NCBI GenBank assembly: GCA_973895155.1
Contig: OZ316898.1
Location: forward strand, 2,269,927 to 2,333,926
Source of the DNA: Marsupella aquatica
Lineage: Eukaryota; Plantae; Marchantiophyta
DNA length: 64,000 nucleotides
Direction: 5' to 3'
Part shown: one piece after another, positions 53,191-64,000 of the stretch
Numbering within the stretch: position 1 is the stretch's first letter
Layout: each line of letters begins with the position of its first letter
The notes under the pieces: generated by a model
What the model was told of the DNA's origin: nothing
Database searches by the model: none
Seen by the model: only the letters and a program-made list of their open reading frames with translations
Position numbers and translations under genes: made by a program

Positions 53191-54862
53191 TCAGCCATGC
53201 TTGCTTTGGCAAAATTCATGACATATTAAGTATCATGCTAGTACACTTGTATGGGCTGGTATGAAGCTAGTCAGGGGAGGTATGCAGGTGAGTCTAGCAC
53301 ATTCTAGCACACTTATTTTTTACCTTCACCACCAGGTCACTCTACTCATCAAACCAAAATCTCTCTTGATGGTAACTGGCAGGCGTTTCCTTCCCCTTTG
53401 CACTTGGTTGGGATCAAACCAAGTTTCTCACACAACAGCAAGTGGATGGACAATTGAGGCACATCATACTCAGGCAAATCAATAATGCAAGTGGTTCACA
53501 TTGGGTGATCGTGCAAGGAAACTAGCAGCGAGCATCTAGATCTTGTCATTGCCGCACATGCTAATATGTCTTCTCCTCCCAAGAAACTGACCACGAAGAG
53601 GGACTTCTAGGAGCACGAAGACGCAGTAGAGGACCATGTACACTGGGAGTCTTGTTTGGGGCCAAAATGTCCAGAGTCTTGAAGAGAGGGGACTTTGAGA
53701 AGGGTGGAGGACGTTACAATGTTATCTGGGAGAACTAGGGTGTTCATGTTTCCTTTTGAGAAATGTCAAATCCAGCAGCTGCTTTACTATATTCATCCCG
53801 AATCTCAAAAACTAATTTTGATAGGTGTTAGAACCTGACCTCTGACCTGTTGCAGCAGAGATTCGGCTAGTTGCATCTAATATTGGCCGTCAAGGGTACT
53901 GTCAGCTATCACTGTAATGCAAGCCAGAATTGGGCCCTTAGCCTCCAAAATTCCAATAATGGTAAGAGAGTGAAGTTGGCCCCAAGTGATCATTGAAACG
54001 ACTGTCCTTCACAGGATGCTCTAAATGCCTACAGTCATTCTGAAGTGAAGATTCCCTTTTAACGTTTTAGAACTAAGTAGACTCATCAATCTTTACTTCT
54101 TTTCATTGTTGAGACAATTACAACAAGGCCAAGATTTTCATGATCTCCCCAAGGTGGTGCACGTGCCTCATACACATTCCAGGCAGACTTGATTGATGGG
54201 TTAGGAGCTAAGTCCATCAATCTCATTCTACAAGAAAGAGGGCTTGCTTTATAATTTCCTTCGCTCTAATTTTCTTTTTAAACATTGACCGGAAATCCTC
54301 CCAATGCACTCCAAAATTTACACTACGAAGTGCCCAAAACTAGAACTGCCATTAAGACTCCAAACAACTCATGTAGTAGACTATTTTACAATGGTCGTTG
54401 TAATACTAATGTTGCCTCTATTTACGAAGGACAGAATAAAACTAATGTTCCAGTCTTACCACCATACAACATTAATACAACGACGACTATTCCCTGTATC
54501 AGATGCTGTTACGAAAGCATTTAGTAAAGTTCTTGTCCAGCGTACCCAGAATTGACACCTTCTATGCACTTTTTCCCTACGTCTGTAACCTAGAAACGCT
54601 ATCCCATCTTCCCTCATGATCACCAAATACGCATGATACAAACGTTTGATAAAGTATAGGTCATATCTGAATATAGACACCAGAAAGGTGCCGTCTGGTT
54701 CCCTGTAAACATATGGGATGAAGGGCGAGAGTGTTCTTTTTTCCTACGTATCAACTGAAGGGCTTCCCTTTCTCAGAAAAGCATTTGCTAATAACTTCCG
54801 CCTTCTTACGGTCTACAACTCATTTCCCTCTGTGAAAGGTTCTCGTAATTTAAACGCAGCTA

Positions 54863-57800
54863 CTACAAAAATTGTTTGGTAGGAGAGATAATTGTACCAA
54901 CTTCGTCTTCTTCCTTGTATGTCTTGCTCAAATCTTTCAAGTTACGCTCCTTAATCGCTTCGATCAGATCCCAGGTCTCACTTTTGATCACTTGTAACTG
55001 CAACATTAAAGGACCAAGAATGAGGAACAAAAGTAGCACAAGGGTAGGCCAGAAAAGCAAACTTGAACACCTGTTTTGTGCAAACAGAAAAAGATGACAG
55101 AAAATACTTTTCCTGAGTTGAAGAAGCCAAATACTCGACAGAACGATTTGCTTAGACCCCATTTGCGAGAGAAATAAGCGAGAGAAATAAGCAATAAGAG
55201 ATGAGGTTTAAAAGGGACTGCTCCTCTTCGACCTATGAAGCTAGCGTTGCTTTCTCGAGGGTTTTGCAAGTATGGAGCCCCTAAACTTACAGTAGAAGTA
55301 TCTCCACGGGTTCCAGATATTACCCTTCTAGGCAAGGAGGTTTTGGAAGGGATTTTTGCTGCTCGGTTTTCATTGTCCTCTCGTGAACTGTCACCTCACA
55401 AAATTTACTCCACACAAAATTCAAGTACTTTACCTGCATAGGTCGGGGAGCTCCGAATGTGACATAGCCCACATTTCCCGGTCTGAATGTTACTCTGCCG
55501 GGGAGGGAGACCCCATGGATACCCCACCGCCCCACATAAATGAGAGCTCCATATTCGTCAACAGCCTTTACCTCCGGCTGCATCATGACGATATCATATC
55601 CATCAGCACTGGAAGCACACAAGTGCAAGCTCACACTAAGCGTTGTTTTCATTAAAAATATTGAGAAGTAATTCAAACACTTTGCAGCACGAAATATAAA
55701 CAGAATCTATGGCGTTGCTCACGCCTAGAAGGGCATTGCTCCCTTGCATGACTAGCGACACTGATTCTAAGAGGGAACCTATCGGTCTTGAAGTAGCGTG
55801 TGGAATTCTATGAAACTTTTACAGCTTCTGCTTCCCAATACTAAACACCGAATAGGATTTCGTGTTTAAAGTCTGCGCTCAAGGGATAATTGTTAGTTAA
55901 GCACACATGACAAACCTATTTTGCAAGAAGAAGCAATCAAACCTGCGGAATACGGGGTGCCTTGTTGAAAATATCCCAAATTTCATCAGCTTCTACGACC
56001 TCCTTCTCCAGCAAGAGTTCTGCACAGAAAGCTAAATTAAATATTGCACCCTGCTATCTACAAGATGACTAGTGATGACAAAGTCGGTGGAAAGTGTTGT
56101 ACTTCCGGCACAACTAGTAGGAAAGACTAAGTCTTCAACTAGACTTACAAGTCTTGAGAAGATATTTCGTGAAAACGACGCATTAATTCTAAAAGTTCTT
56201 TCAAAATTACATATCATCACCTGCAAGGGTTTCCAAAGCAGACCGATATTCTTTCAATATAGATGAACATTTCTCAACCGCATACCGCATGTACTCTTCT
56301 CTCAATGCCACTACCTTGGGGCCAAGCTGCACATAACAACAATTATGCTACTATTAGTGCAGACGATGAATAATAGTACCAACTCGAGCAGCTATATCCT
56401 CTCATTTTCTTACAGATCCCAAATTCACCCACCCTGAAGCTTAAAAACAAATATCACAAATATGGCAAAAATTTGAGATCGATAAGATAAAGAGTGGAAG
56501 AAGATATGCTCACATGAACCATAAGATCTTGCTGAGTGCGATAATATATTTTTCCCAGGGCAGTCATGCCTGTTCTAAGAATGAGGTAATCTGCAAGTAC
56601 ACCTGCTTCTGCTAAAGCTGAGCCTGAGATCCATGAAAGCTGGTCCCGTCCGAAGACTTGCTCTTCCACAATTCTTGCTGGACAATATTACCACCCAGGA
56701 GACACATGAGTTACGGCCTAGGGATTCCATCGATAATTACACCATATTATCGACAACCCACTTTCCTGTAGAATCGGAGAACGCTAAACGACCACCAAGC
56801 AGCAGAAGTATCGAGTTTGAAGAGAATTTCCTCTTACGTGCACAGGCTCGAACAATGTCTTTTATCATATCCTCTTTTCTTGAAAACACACGACTTCGGG
56901 ATTCTAGGTACTCCATATTCGGATATGTGTCAATTTCGCGGACATTTGTCTGAACACACAGACAAGTGATTGATTATTAATCCCTCTCCACAACAGAAGG
57001 AAAATGAGTTTCAAAAAACAATCGACTTTAATGAAGACACAAAGCACGCCGACAATGTGCTGATTCCATTCGATAAGCAGCTCTCTACTAAACAAATTCA
57101 CGAGAAAGACGTCCGGCAAAGTTGTCCGTTATCTCCATACCATGCCCATGTGATATAGTACCTTGGTAAACGGCTGTGACGGATTTGGAAAATAGCACTC
57201 CAACAGTGCAATGGCAGCTTCTCGATATGCTATTCTAAGTCTTGCCTCTCCTGAGGAATCTACAATGTCTTCTTCTCCTGTTGCGAAAGTACCCTCTTGC
57301 TGCAATATCATATAAGATCACATGGTTAAAGATCCCAAATAGTAATTCAAAGAACACAAACACATCACCTATAACAACCTCCACAGCTCACGCAATGTCA
57401 TGGACGAAAAGATATCGCCAAGACGTAATTTTGATTTATAATGGATACACAACGTTATTCTCTTCCACTTTGGGGCAGCTTATTTTGTGATCTTTATTTG
57501 TCAATATAAACAGATCAGAGAAACACCATTAACATTGAAAAACAGCGGGGTCATACACCTACAGAAGATTAACCAGATTGAACCACTTTCACCGCCCTGA
57601 TCTCATCAGGTGCTTGCTAAGGGATGGCCATGTCTGTTTCTTGGTTCCTATAGAAACTACCAGAGCAAGTTCACCTCTGCTCGTGTAGAAGAGGGACTGC
57701 CATGCAAAGTCTGATGTGGATATACATATTGATACTGATTATTCATGTTGCTAGCCGTTTGCCTACTTTTATTCTCTCAAGCCTTGCTCCTTTCTGGCCT

Positions 57801-60800
57801 GTGCACTTTGCATCCATTGATGAACCATTTTGTTGTACGCAATATACTTTAGGTAGCAACATTTCTGTTTGTTCACAGATAGGAACCTTCGAAGAGGCAA
57901 TAAAAACAGAAAATAACCTGGGAATTGTTTTTAAATTGATAAAATGGTTCATTGGACTTACCCTCTTCATGGCCTCAGCCAGCTCAGATCTTTCAATGAT
58001 GTCTTTATCCTTCCTCGCACCCAGAATTGCAGCCTCATTCCTGTCGAGATAATCTCTTAGATAGGATCATCGCCCAAAAACATACAAGACACCGTCCACA
58101 ACATAAGTGGCAGGGATGAGGATAAGCATGCTTCAACTCACAGGACGTTTTGAAGCTCAGCACCGCTGAAATCATGTGCTTCTGCAGCCACTTCTTTCAG
58201 CAGCTCCTCTTTTTCCTTCTCTGACTTGAAACCCTTGTTTCTCGCATGTACCTAGCCAGATTAAGCACACAGTAAGAGAGAAAGAGTAGAGTCTCAATGG
58301 ATTACCAAAAATAATTGGAATTGAACTCCAGACCTAAACCTGTTTCCATCAACAGTGACAGTTTAGAGAATAGTGGATTGGCACAAACCCTAAGAATCGC
58401 AAGTCTACCCTCCTCCGAAGGTAGACCAATGCTTATCGTCTTGTCAAACCGACCTTTCCTCAAAAGAGCAGGATCCAGCATGTCCAGCCTATTAGTTGCT
58501 CCAACAACCATGACCTGGAGAGCCAGAAAGTCGCCAGATTTAAGGAAGATAAAACTAGCAACGAAGACCCGTAATATAGAACACAAAAGGAGACATTGCC
58601 TTCATGCATAAGGTTGCGATCATGCACAAGATTTCCAAATGCTTCAGACTGTGCACTGTAAATGAAAGTTCGGGCTCCCCAGAATAGCCCAGCATAGGAA
58701 CGCTCCTGTTTTCTACACAATAGCACTGTAAAGCTATTTCTTTTAGTGAAGGAAAATAGAGCAGCAAGTATGCCCTTCAACAATTGTGAGAAGAACTGAA
58801 GACGTCTAACTGATCAAATGTATATCGGAACGGCTCAAACTTGATTGGGGAAAAGTCTGGAAAGCAAAACCATAAAGATTTCAAAGGAGTAGTTTATAGG
58901 TGTCATAGCAACAAAAAGAGATCTTCAAACCTGAGCATAGTTGCTCTGGAAACCATCAAGCTCGGTCAATATTTGGATCAACCCCTGTTCCCTCTCAACT
59001 CCTCCCTAGAAAGACCCACGAGATTGACCAGGATCAGGTTGTCAGAAAGATGCGGATAACATAAGTTGATGGTAGTCTCAAATAAGTTGACCAGCTGCAC
59101 CAGCAATTTGTGCGGTATTCAAGTTATCAGTATCGATTCTTCATTGCCAGCTATAGACAGTGATTGCATCAATTTCAATCAACAATCACGACACGCAGGC
59201 CAACCAACGATGCACAGTGCCTAACCGAATTTACCGATAGCCTGTCCTTCCTGTTTCTTTTACATGAATATCACTCACCCCTCCAATGTCGGGCCCGCCA
59301 CGCTTGGCACCGATAGCATCAATCTCATCAATGAAGATGATTGATGGAGCAAATTGGCGAGCCCTTGCAAACAAATCCCTGACTCTTGCAGCTGCAACTC
59401 CAACAAACATCTGTGATTCCAAGCAGGCAATGAGTGATGGAATACGTAGTTGGGTCATACTAGCAAGAAATACGGTCCAGCAACAGTGGTAGAGTTCCAA
59501 CAGAACAACATACTCTGGGACTAACAAATACTCCAACCAGTAAGGCCGTCACTCCACATGTCCAATCCCACGTACGTAAAAGTGATGAGTAGAATTCGAG
59601 ATAGCAGTGCTTCGTGGAAGCATGGGACTCAAAAGACATGTAATAGGAGTTGAGGAAAAGACGCAATTCTTGCATTTTTTATTTTCAGATGAATCCTATA
59701 TGCCGTTTGGTTATTCTCAATTGGAGACACCTGCCAAAGAATGATATTATACACACCTCGACAAACTCCGAACCACTGGCAGAAAAAAAGGGCACTCCTG
59801 CCTCCCCAGCAATAGCCTTAGCAAGCAAAGTCTTGCCGGTTCCGGGAGGGCCATATAGCATCACACCTTTAGGACAATAGATGCCCAATTCCTCAAATTC
59901 TTTGCTCTCCTTCAATATTTTAACCACTTCCTCTAGTTCTCGCTTTACGTATTCCTGCCCTGCAAAGTCATCAAATGTCACACCAGTACTCTCCTCTGCG
60001 GATATGAATCTTGCTCTGCATTCCCAACATTCCATAGAGCATCAACACAACGCCATTGCTGACAACAGAGGTCCAATCGTCCAATTGACTCAGAGGTGGG
60101 CACTATTTGGAGAGTGATAAATCATTATTTATCGTTCACGAGAACCACTCGCTAATACTACTGTAGCGGTCAGATCCCAATTTCAAGGAAGCAGTATGTG
60201 AAGCAGCTTGGAGATGGTTTCCTATCATCAACTATCGAATCGAATCATGCTTTTTTGAGTTTAACCTCTGCCAGTCCCAACCAGTAGAAGAGCATGAATC
60301 CATCGGTGAATTGAACACAGCTGAGAATGAAATTAGTAGAGTAAAAGCAAAGGTATGGCCTGTGGAGTAACTAGACTGAGACTTGACTGGAGCGTTTACA
60401 GACCACCAGACCTGTACTACCCTGCCCGACGCAAAGATTGAAAATGCAATCATACATGTAATCAAGGAAGACATGATAGCTACTTCAACTGTCGCTCATT
60501 AATCAAATTGGTCGGACAACATTGATGTATAGAAGAACATACCGGCTCTGTCCAAGACTGCCGAGTTCCATGTTATTAGATGTGCTGAGCTTAGGGCGCC
60601 TTATTACTGGTCTATCTTGAGGATTTGGTAACTTGTAGATAGGGTACAGCTTCTTATCAATCCACTGATATAGAAAAACGGCCAAAGCTAGACGCATTCC
60701 CCAAACAACAGTTGTTTCCAACGTCGGATAAAGTAGAGCAGGTATTGAGTTAGGCTGTTTGACTTCAATATGCTGCAGCTGTTGATGAAGCTTCGGCCAT

Positions 60801-62311
60801 ATGTCACCCCACGCATCCGCAGGCATCTGAGATACATGGTGTCGCTTGAAGATCACCTCCCTTTTTCTATCATCATTTGGAATTTGCTTGTCATTCTCGT
60901 CGTCCTGGATAATTAGAGCTTCCTCCTCTTTGTAGTAAGGTAGGACCACTGTATTAAATGAAAAAAATATGACAGGTTACTTTGGACCACCTTTCAACGA
61001 AGTTGAAAACAGCATCGCAGCCTTCACAACCAAAAAATAGCTTGACAGAATCGAAACACATTCCATGGGTAGATATTAGAGAACATGAGGGCATAGAGCT
61101 GTGCAACGAAACGGGATTACCTGCAACGTCCTTCCCAAACTCAGCATACTCAATAAAGTTGACCTGCTCACTTTCTACGAGTCTCCAAAATTCACTGAAA
61201 TGAATAGGATGTGAAGGTTGTGGATCCCACGGTGTTCCTTGCAGCTTGCCCTGAAGCTGAAGAATGAACTTTTTCCACATCGTAATTTGCATGAAATCTC
61301 GCTCGGCTTGCAGCATTGCTCTTCTCCGCAAATTCTCGTCCTCGGTAGTTCGTTTGATCTCTGCAGCCCTTATTTCCTGTCTCGCAACTATTAGTCGTGG
61401 AGGTATTCCTTTTCCACAGATGCAACAAGACAAGACCAGATGAAGTTATCTGTGTCCGTACAGCAAACATGATAGGAACTCTGAGGAGTAGAATAAAACC
61501 CTGAACCCTAGAAGAATCTTGCAAGAAAGTACCTCGAAAAGCTTCCGTGCGCTCTCCTCTGCTTTTTTCTGGTCTTCTTCGGTCTCAGCTTTGGAGAAAA
61601 TTCCCCCGACCCACGCCATCCTTCCGGTTGCTCCATGCTGCCCCAGAAGCACTACGACATCGACAAAATGAGCCAATTATGACATCCACGCATTACCGGA
61701 GAGCAACGCCACAACGAAGTACCTAAACACTTTAGTTCAAGAATTGCAAAAATTCGAAGGTAAGGAATTCCTTGATTCCTAGCTCTTATACGAACTATAA
61801 TCATCCAAACAATGCGTCAAAGAAAGGTCAACCAATGTGTGTGCGACATCCAATGTGCGACTCGACAAAATGAGAAAAGAAGAGAACAGCTACTAGAACA
61901 TATTCACACACCAGGGTTACTATCATCCCGAAGTCGGGCCAACGTTACGTGCAGTCTCTTCCTCTCAAAAGGATGCCGCCTAGGAGATGGTAACCATAAA
62001 GCCTTCTCAGAACCTCTGCCGCACCATCTGCTAGCAAGCTCCGGGCGAGCTGCCTTCACTTTGTGCGGGATTTGGCAGGCTCGAGCCAATGCCATGCCTC
62101 TGGTCCCAATCCTCACCACGGCAACAGCTCCAGCCTCTCGACTACCCCTTCCCCCAAAACTGCTGCCATCCACACCCGAAATTCCTGCCGGTCCGCTGGC
62201 GGTAGTCTTGGAGCATCCTCCACAGAGTGTAGTAGCAGGAGCTGCTGATGCTGATGCTGATCCTGCTTGGAGCGAACTCACAGCTCGAACACTCATTGTA
62301 GCTGCCATCAT
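54863..62311 (-). CDS. FTSHI4: Plastid FtsH-like inactive AAA protease FtsHi4; 17 exons; about 945 aa
   Basis: Exons: 62311-61912 (donor uncertain, alternative 61949), 61651-61533, 61376-61121, 60948-60543, 60015-59757, 59410-59279, 59005-58931, 58514-58389, 58251-58142, 58040-57962, 57299-57162, 56949-56838, 56677-56514, 56326-56221, 56019-55943, 55577-55434, 54997-54863. Walker A GPPGTGKT, Walker [32 protein letters not shown]. The zinc motif HEXXH is replaced by YREAA. FtsHi4-type blocks [17 protein letters not shown]-like VVLPYYK, and [25 protein letters not shown]. Confidence 0.95.
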
Positions 62312-62647
62312 CGATCACTTGCTCTACCTGCAGCTAGCTGCAATGTAACGAATTGAATAATGCCTGAATCGAATATTGGGTCTCGCATTCCGATGAATCT
62401 ATGGATCTACTAATCGTCATCTCCGAAAGCAGAAGGTTGGGTCTAACAATGAGGCGAATCCCCTTCTGAGGAATGAAATTTCGAGTCTAGGTCTGGGAGA
62501 GTGGAGATATAGCTCCGTGATTTCCGCTTTCTGAACGGAGTAGGATGAGTCTTCGAGTACAGTCCAATAGAGGCAGGTGACTGATCTTACGACCCTCCAC
62601 ATGCGAGTTGGGTCTTCTTGCATGTGGACGGTCATAAAAAAGCGGGC

Positions 62648-62930
62648 CCTTTACTACTCCCTAATAAATTGCAGGATTTCCTTTACCAGCTCTAAATTGC
62701 AGGATCTCCCTTACCACTCTCTAAATTGCAGGATCTCTCTCACCACTCCCTTCTTTTTATCTCTCCCTGAATTCCACCCCCTAAATTGCAGGATGTCCCT
62801 TACCACTAAATTCCACTCCCTCCCTTACCACTCCGTGCTTTTTATCTCTCCCTGAATTCCACTCCCTAAACTGCAGGATGTCCCTTACCACTAAATCCAC
62901 TCCCTTCCTTACCACTCCCTAAATTGCACT
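62648..62930. repeat. Minisatellite upstream of FtsHi4 (about 29-bp unit with an ~86-bp higher-order duplication)
   Basis: (C)TAAATTGCAGGAT.TCCCTTACCACT recurs about six times. TTTTTATCTCTCCCTGAATTCCAC.CCCTAAA occurs twice. Confidence 0.9.
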
Positions 62931-63729
62931 AGGGTTGGTCTCAAAACCATTCAAATAATTCAAACTGGAATGGTCATTTCTGAGTTGCTAGTATTTACAC
63001 TAACAGCTACTGTACTGTTTTGGAACTTGTAATGAGTCCTTTGCTTGGATTTTTCCAGTTAATCCATAAGGATCAAGCATTACCTAGTGCTAGTGGTTTT
63101 CCAGACAACGTCGTTTGAAATTCTAATTGATATAAATTATCTTGTCCTTCTATGTGTGAGGTGCACAAGTCCTTTTCTTGACTTTATATCTCATTTTATT
63201 TTTGTCATTTCTTGACAACTTTGTCTGTTTGTTCTGATTTTAAGGGCAGGACCTCAAAGGCTAAAAAGTTTCTTGCCTCCAGTAGTCTCTCACTCAAGTG
63301 CTAAGGGGAAAAATTCTTGAGAGTTGCCCAAATGCAAGTTGGCTTGTAGCAATGACCCTAGCGCTTAGGCACGGAGGTGAGTGCCCTAGACGTACACGAG
63401 CCCTAGATGAAAAAGAAAGGACAGGGATTTAGAACCGCCTTGCATGTGTGAGGTCCTTAGTTTTCAGGCTCTCAACTCCACCAATGACAATAAAATATTG
63501 ACTGAGCATTTTGTGGAAGAACCACCTCTTCAGGCAGGGCTTATGGCATGAAGAGTGGAGAGTCAAGGGCAAGAAACTTTCAGTGACATTGTCACCAAAA
63601 AGTGAGCACAATTTTCTGTTTATGTCATAAAATCAACAAAGTGTTTCAAGGCAAAGTCAATTACAGAGTATGTTACAAAATAAACTAAAAACTGCAATCC
63701 TTCATGTGTGATGACAAAGGATCAGCAAC

Positions 63730-64000
63730 TATGCATGCAATGGGATTCACAATGACCTACAATAGTTGTCACCTGATGTGGTATGTACCAATGTGATATG
63801 TTGTGAGACTTTCAAGCTTTGAGAAGACAGTGGGCCATTTCCAAAAATATACATAAAATGTTGGAAGAAGCATGAAAGATAAGTACCTTGTCAGAATGCA
63901 GCAATGAAGATTCTAAATCTTGTATGCAATGCGGATTCACAATGACCTACAAAAGTTGTGCACTGATGTGCTATGTATTGATGTGATGTGTTGCAAGAAT
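63730..64000. repeat. Diverged direct repeat with a ~190-bp period, running off the window end
   Basis: ATGCAATG.GGATTCACAATGACCTACAA.AGTTGT...CTGATGTG.TATGTA...ATGTGAT.TGTTG at about 63736 and about 63924. Confidence 0.85.

Noticed and set aside
57180-57240. Loss of the FtsH HEXXH zinc motif as a sign of pseudogenisation or novelty
   Set aside because: Absence of HEXXH is the normal, defining state of FtsHi proteins.
61812-62348. 178-aa + strand ORF
   Set aside because: Antisense shadow of the GC-rich FtsHi4 exon 1, with no domain features.

Overview
Eukaryotic, intron-containing land-plant nuclear DNA; a bryophyte, probably a liverwort, is inferred from gene architecture and long leaders but cannot be proven here. 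Three intact minus-strand genes can be reconstructed exon by exon: a WIP-class C2H2 zinc-finger transcription factor (14006-15637, 2 exons, about 419 aa), a plastid alpha-glucan phosphorylase PHO1/PHS1 with an acidic L78/L80 insert (41758-51031, 15 exons, 973 aa) and the protease-inactive plastid AAA protein FtsHi4 (54863-62311, 17 exons, about 945 aa). The rest is a mosaic of CpG-poor repeat debris and CpG-rich islands. It includes a solo LTR (5-bp TSD) with a nested TIR element, two young copies of a ~296-bp MITE with 8-bp TSDs, a tandem array resembling a tRNA/SINE head, several local tandem duplications, and four decayed protein-like blocks I cannot identify. About 26 kb upstream of WIP has no intact gene. 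No CRISPR array, rRNA or intact tRNA was seen, and no novel system can be claimed with confidence. The best leads are the WIP upstream region, the decayed ORF blocks and the tRNA-like array.
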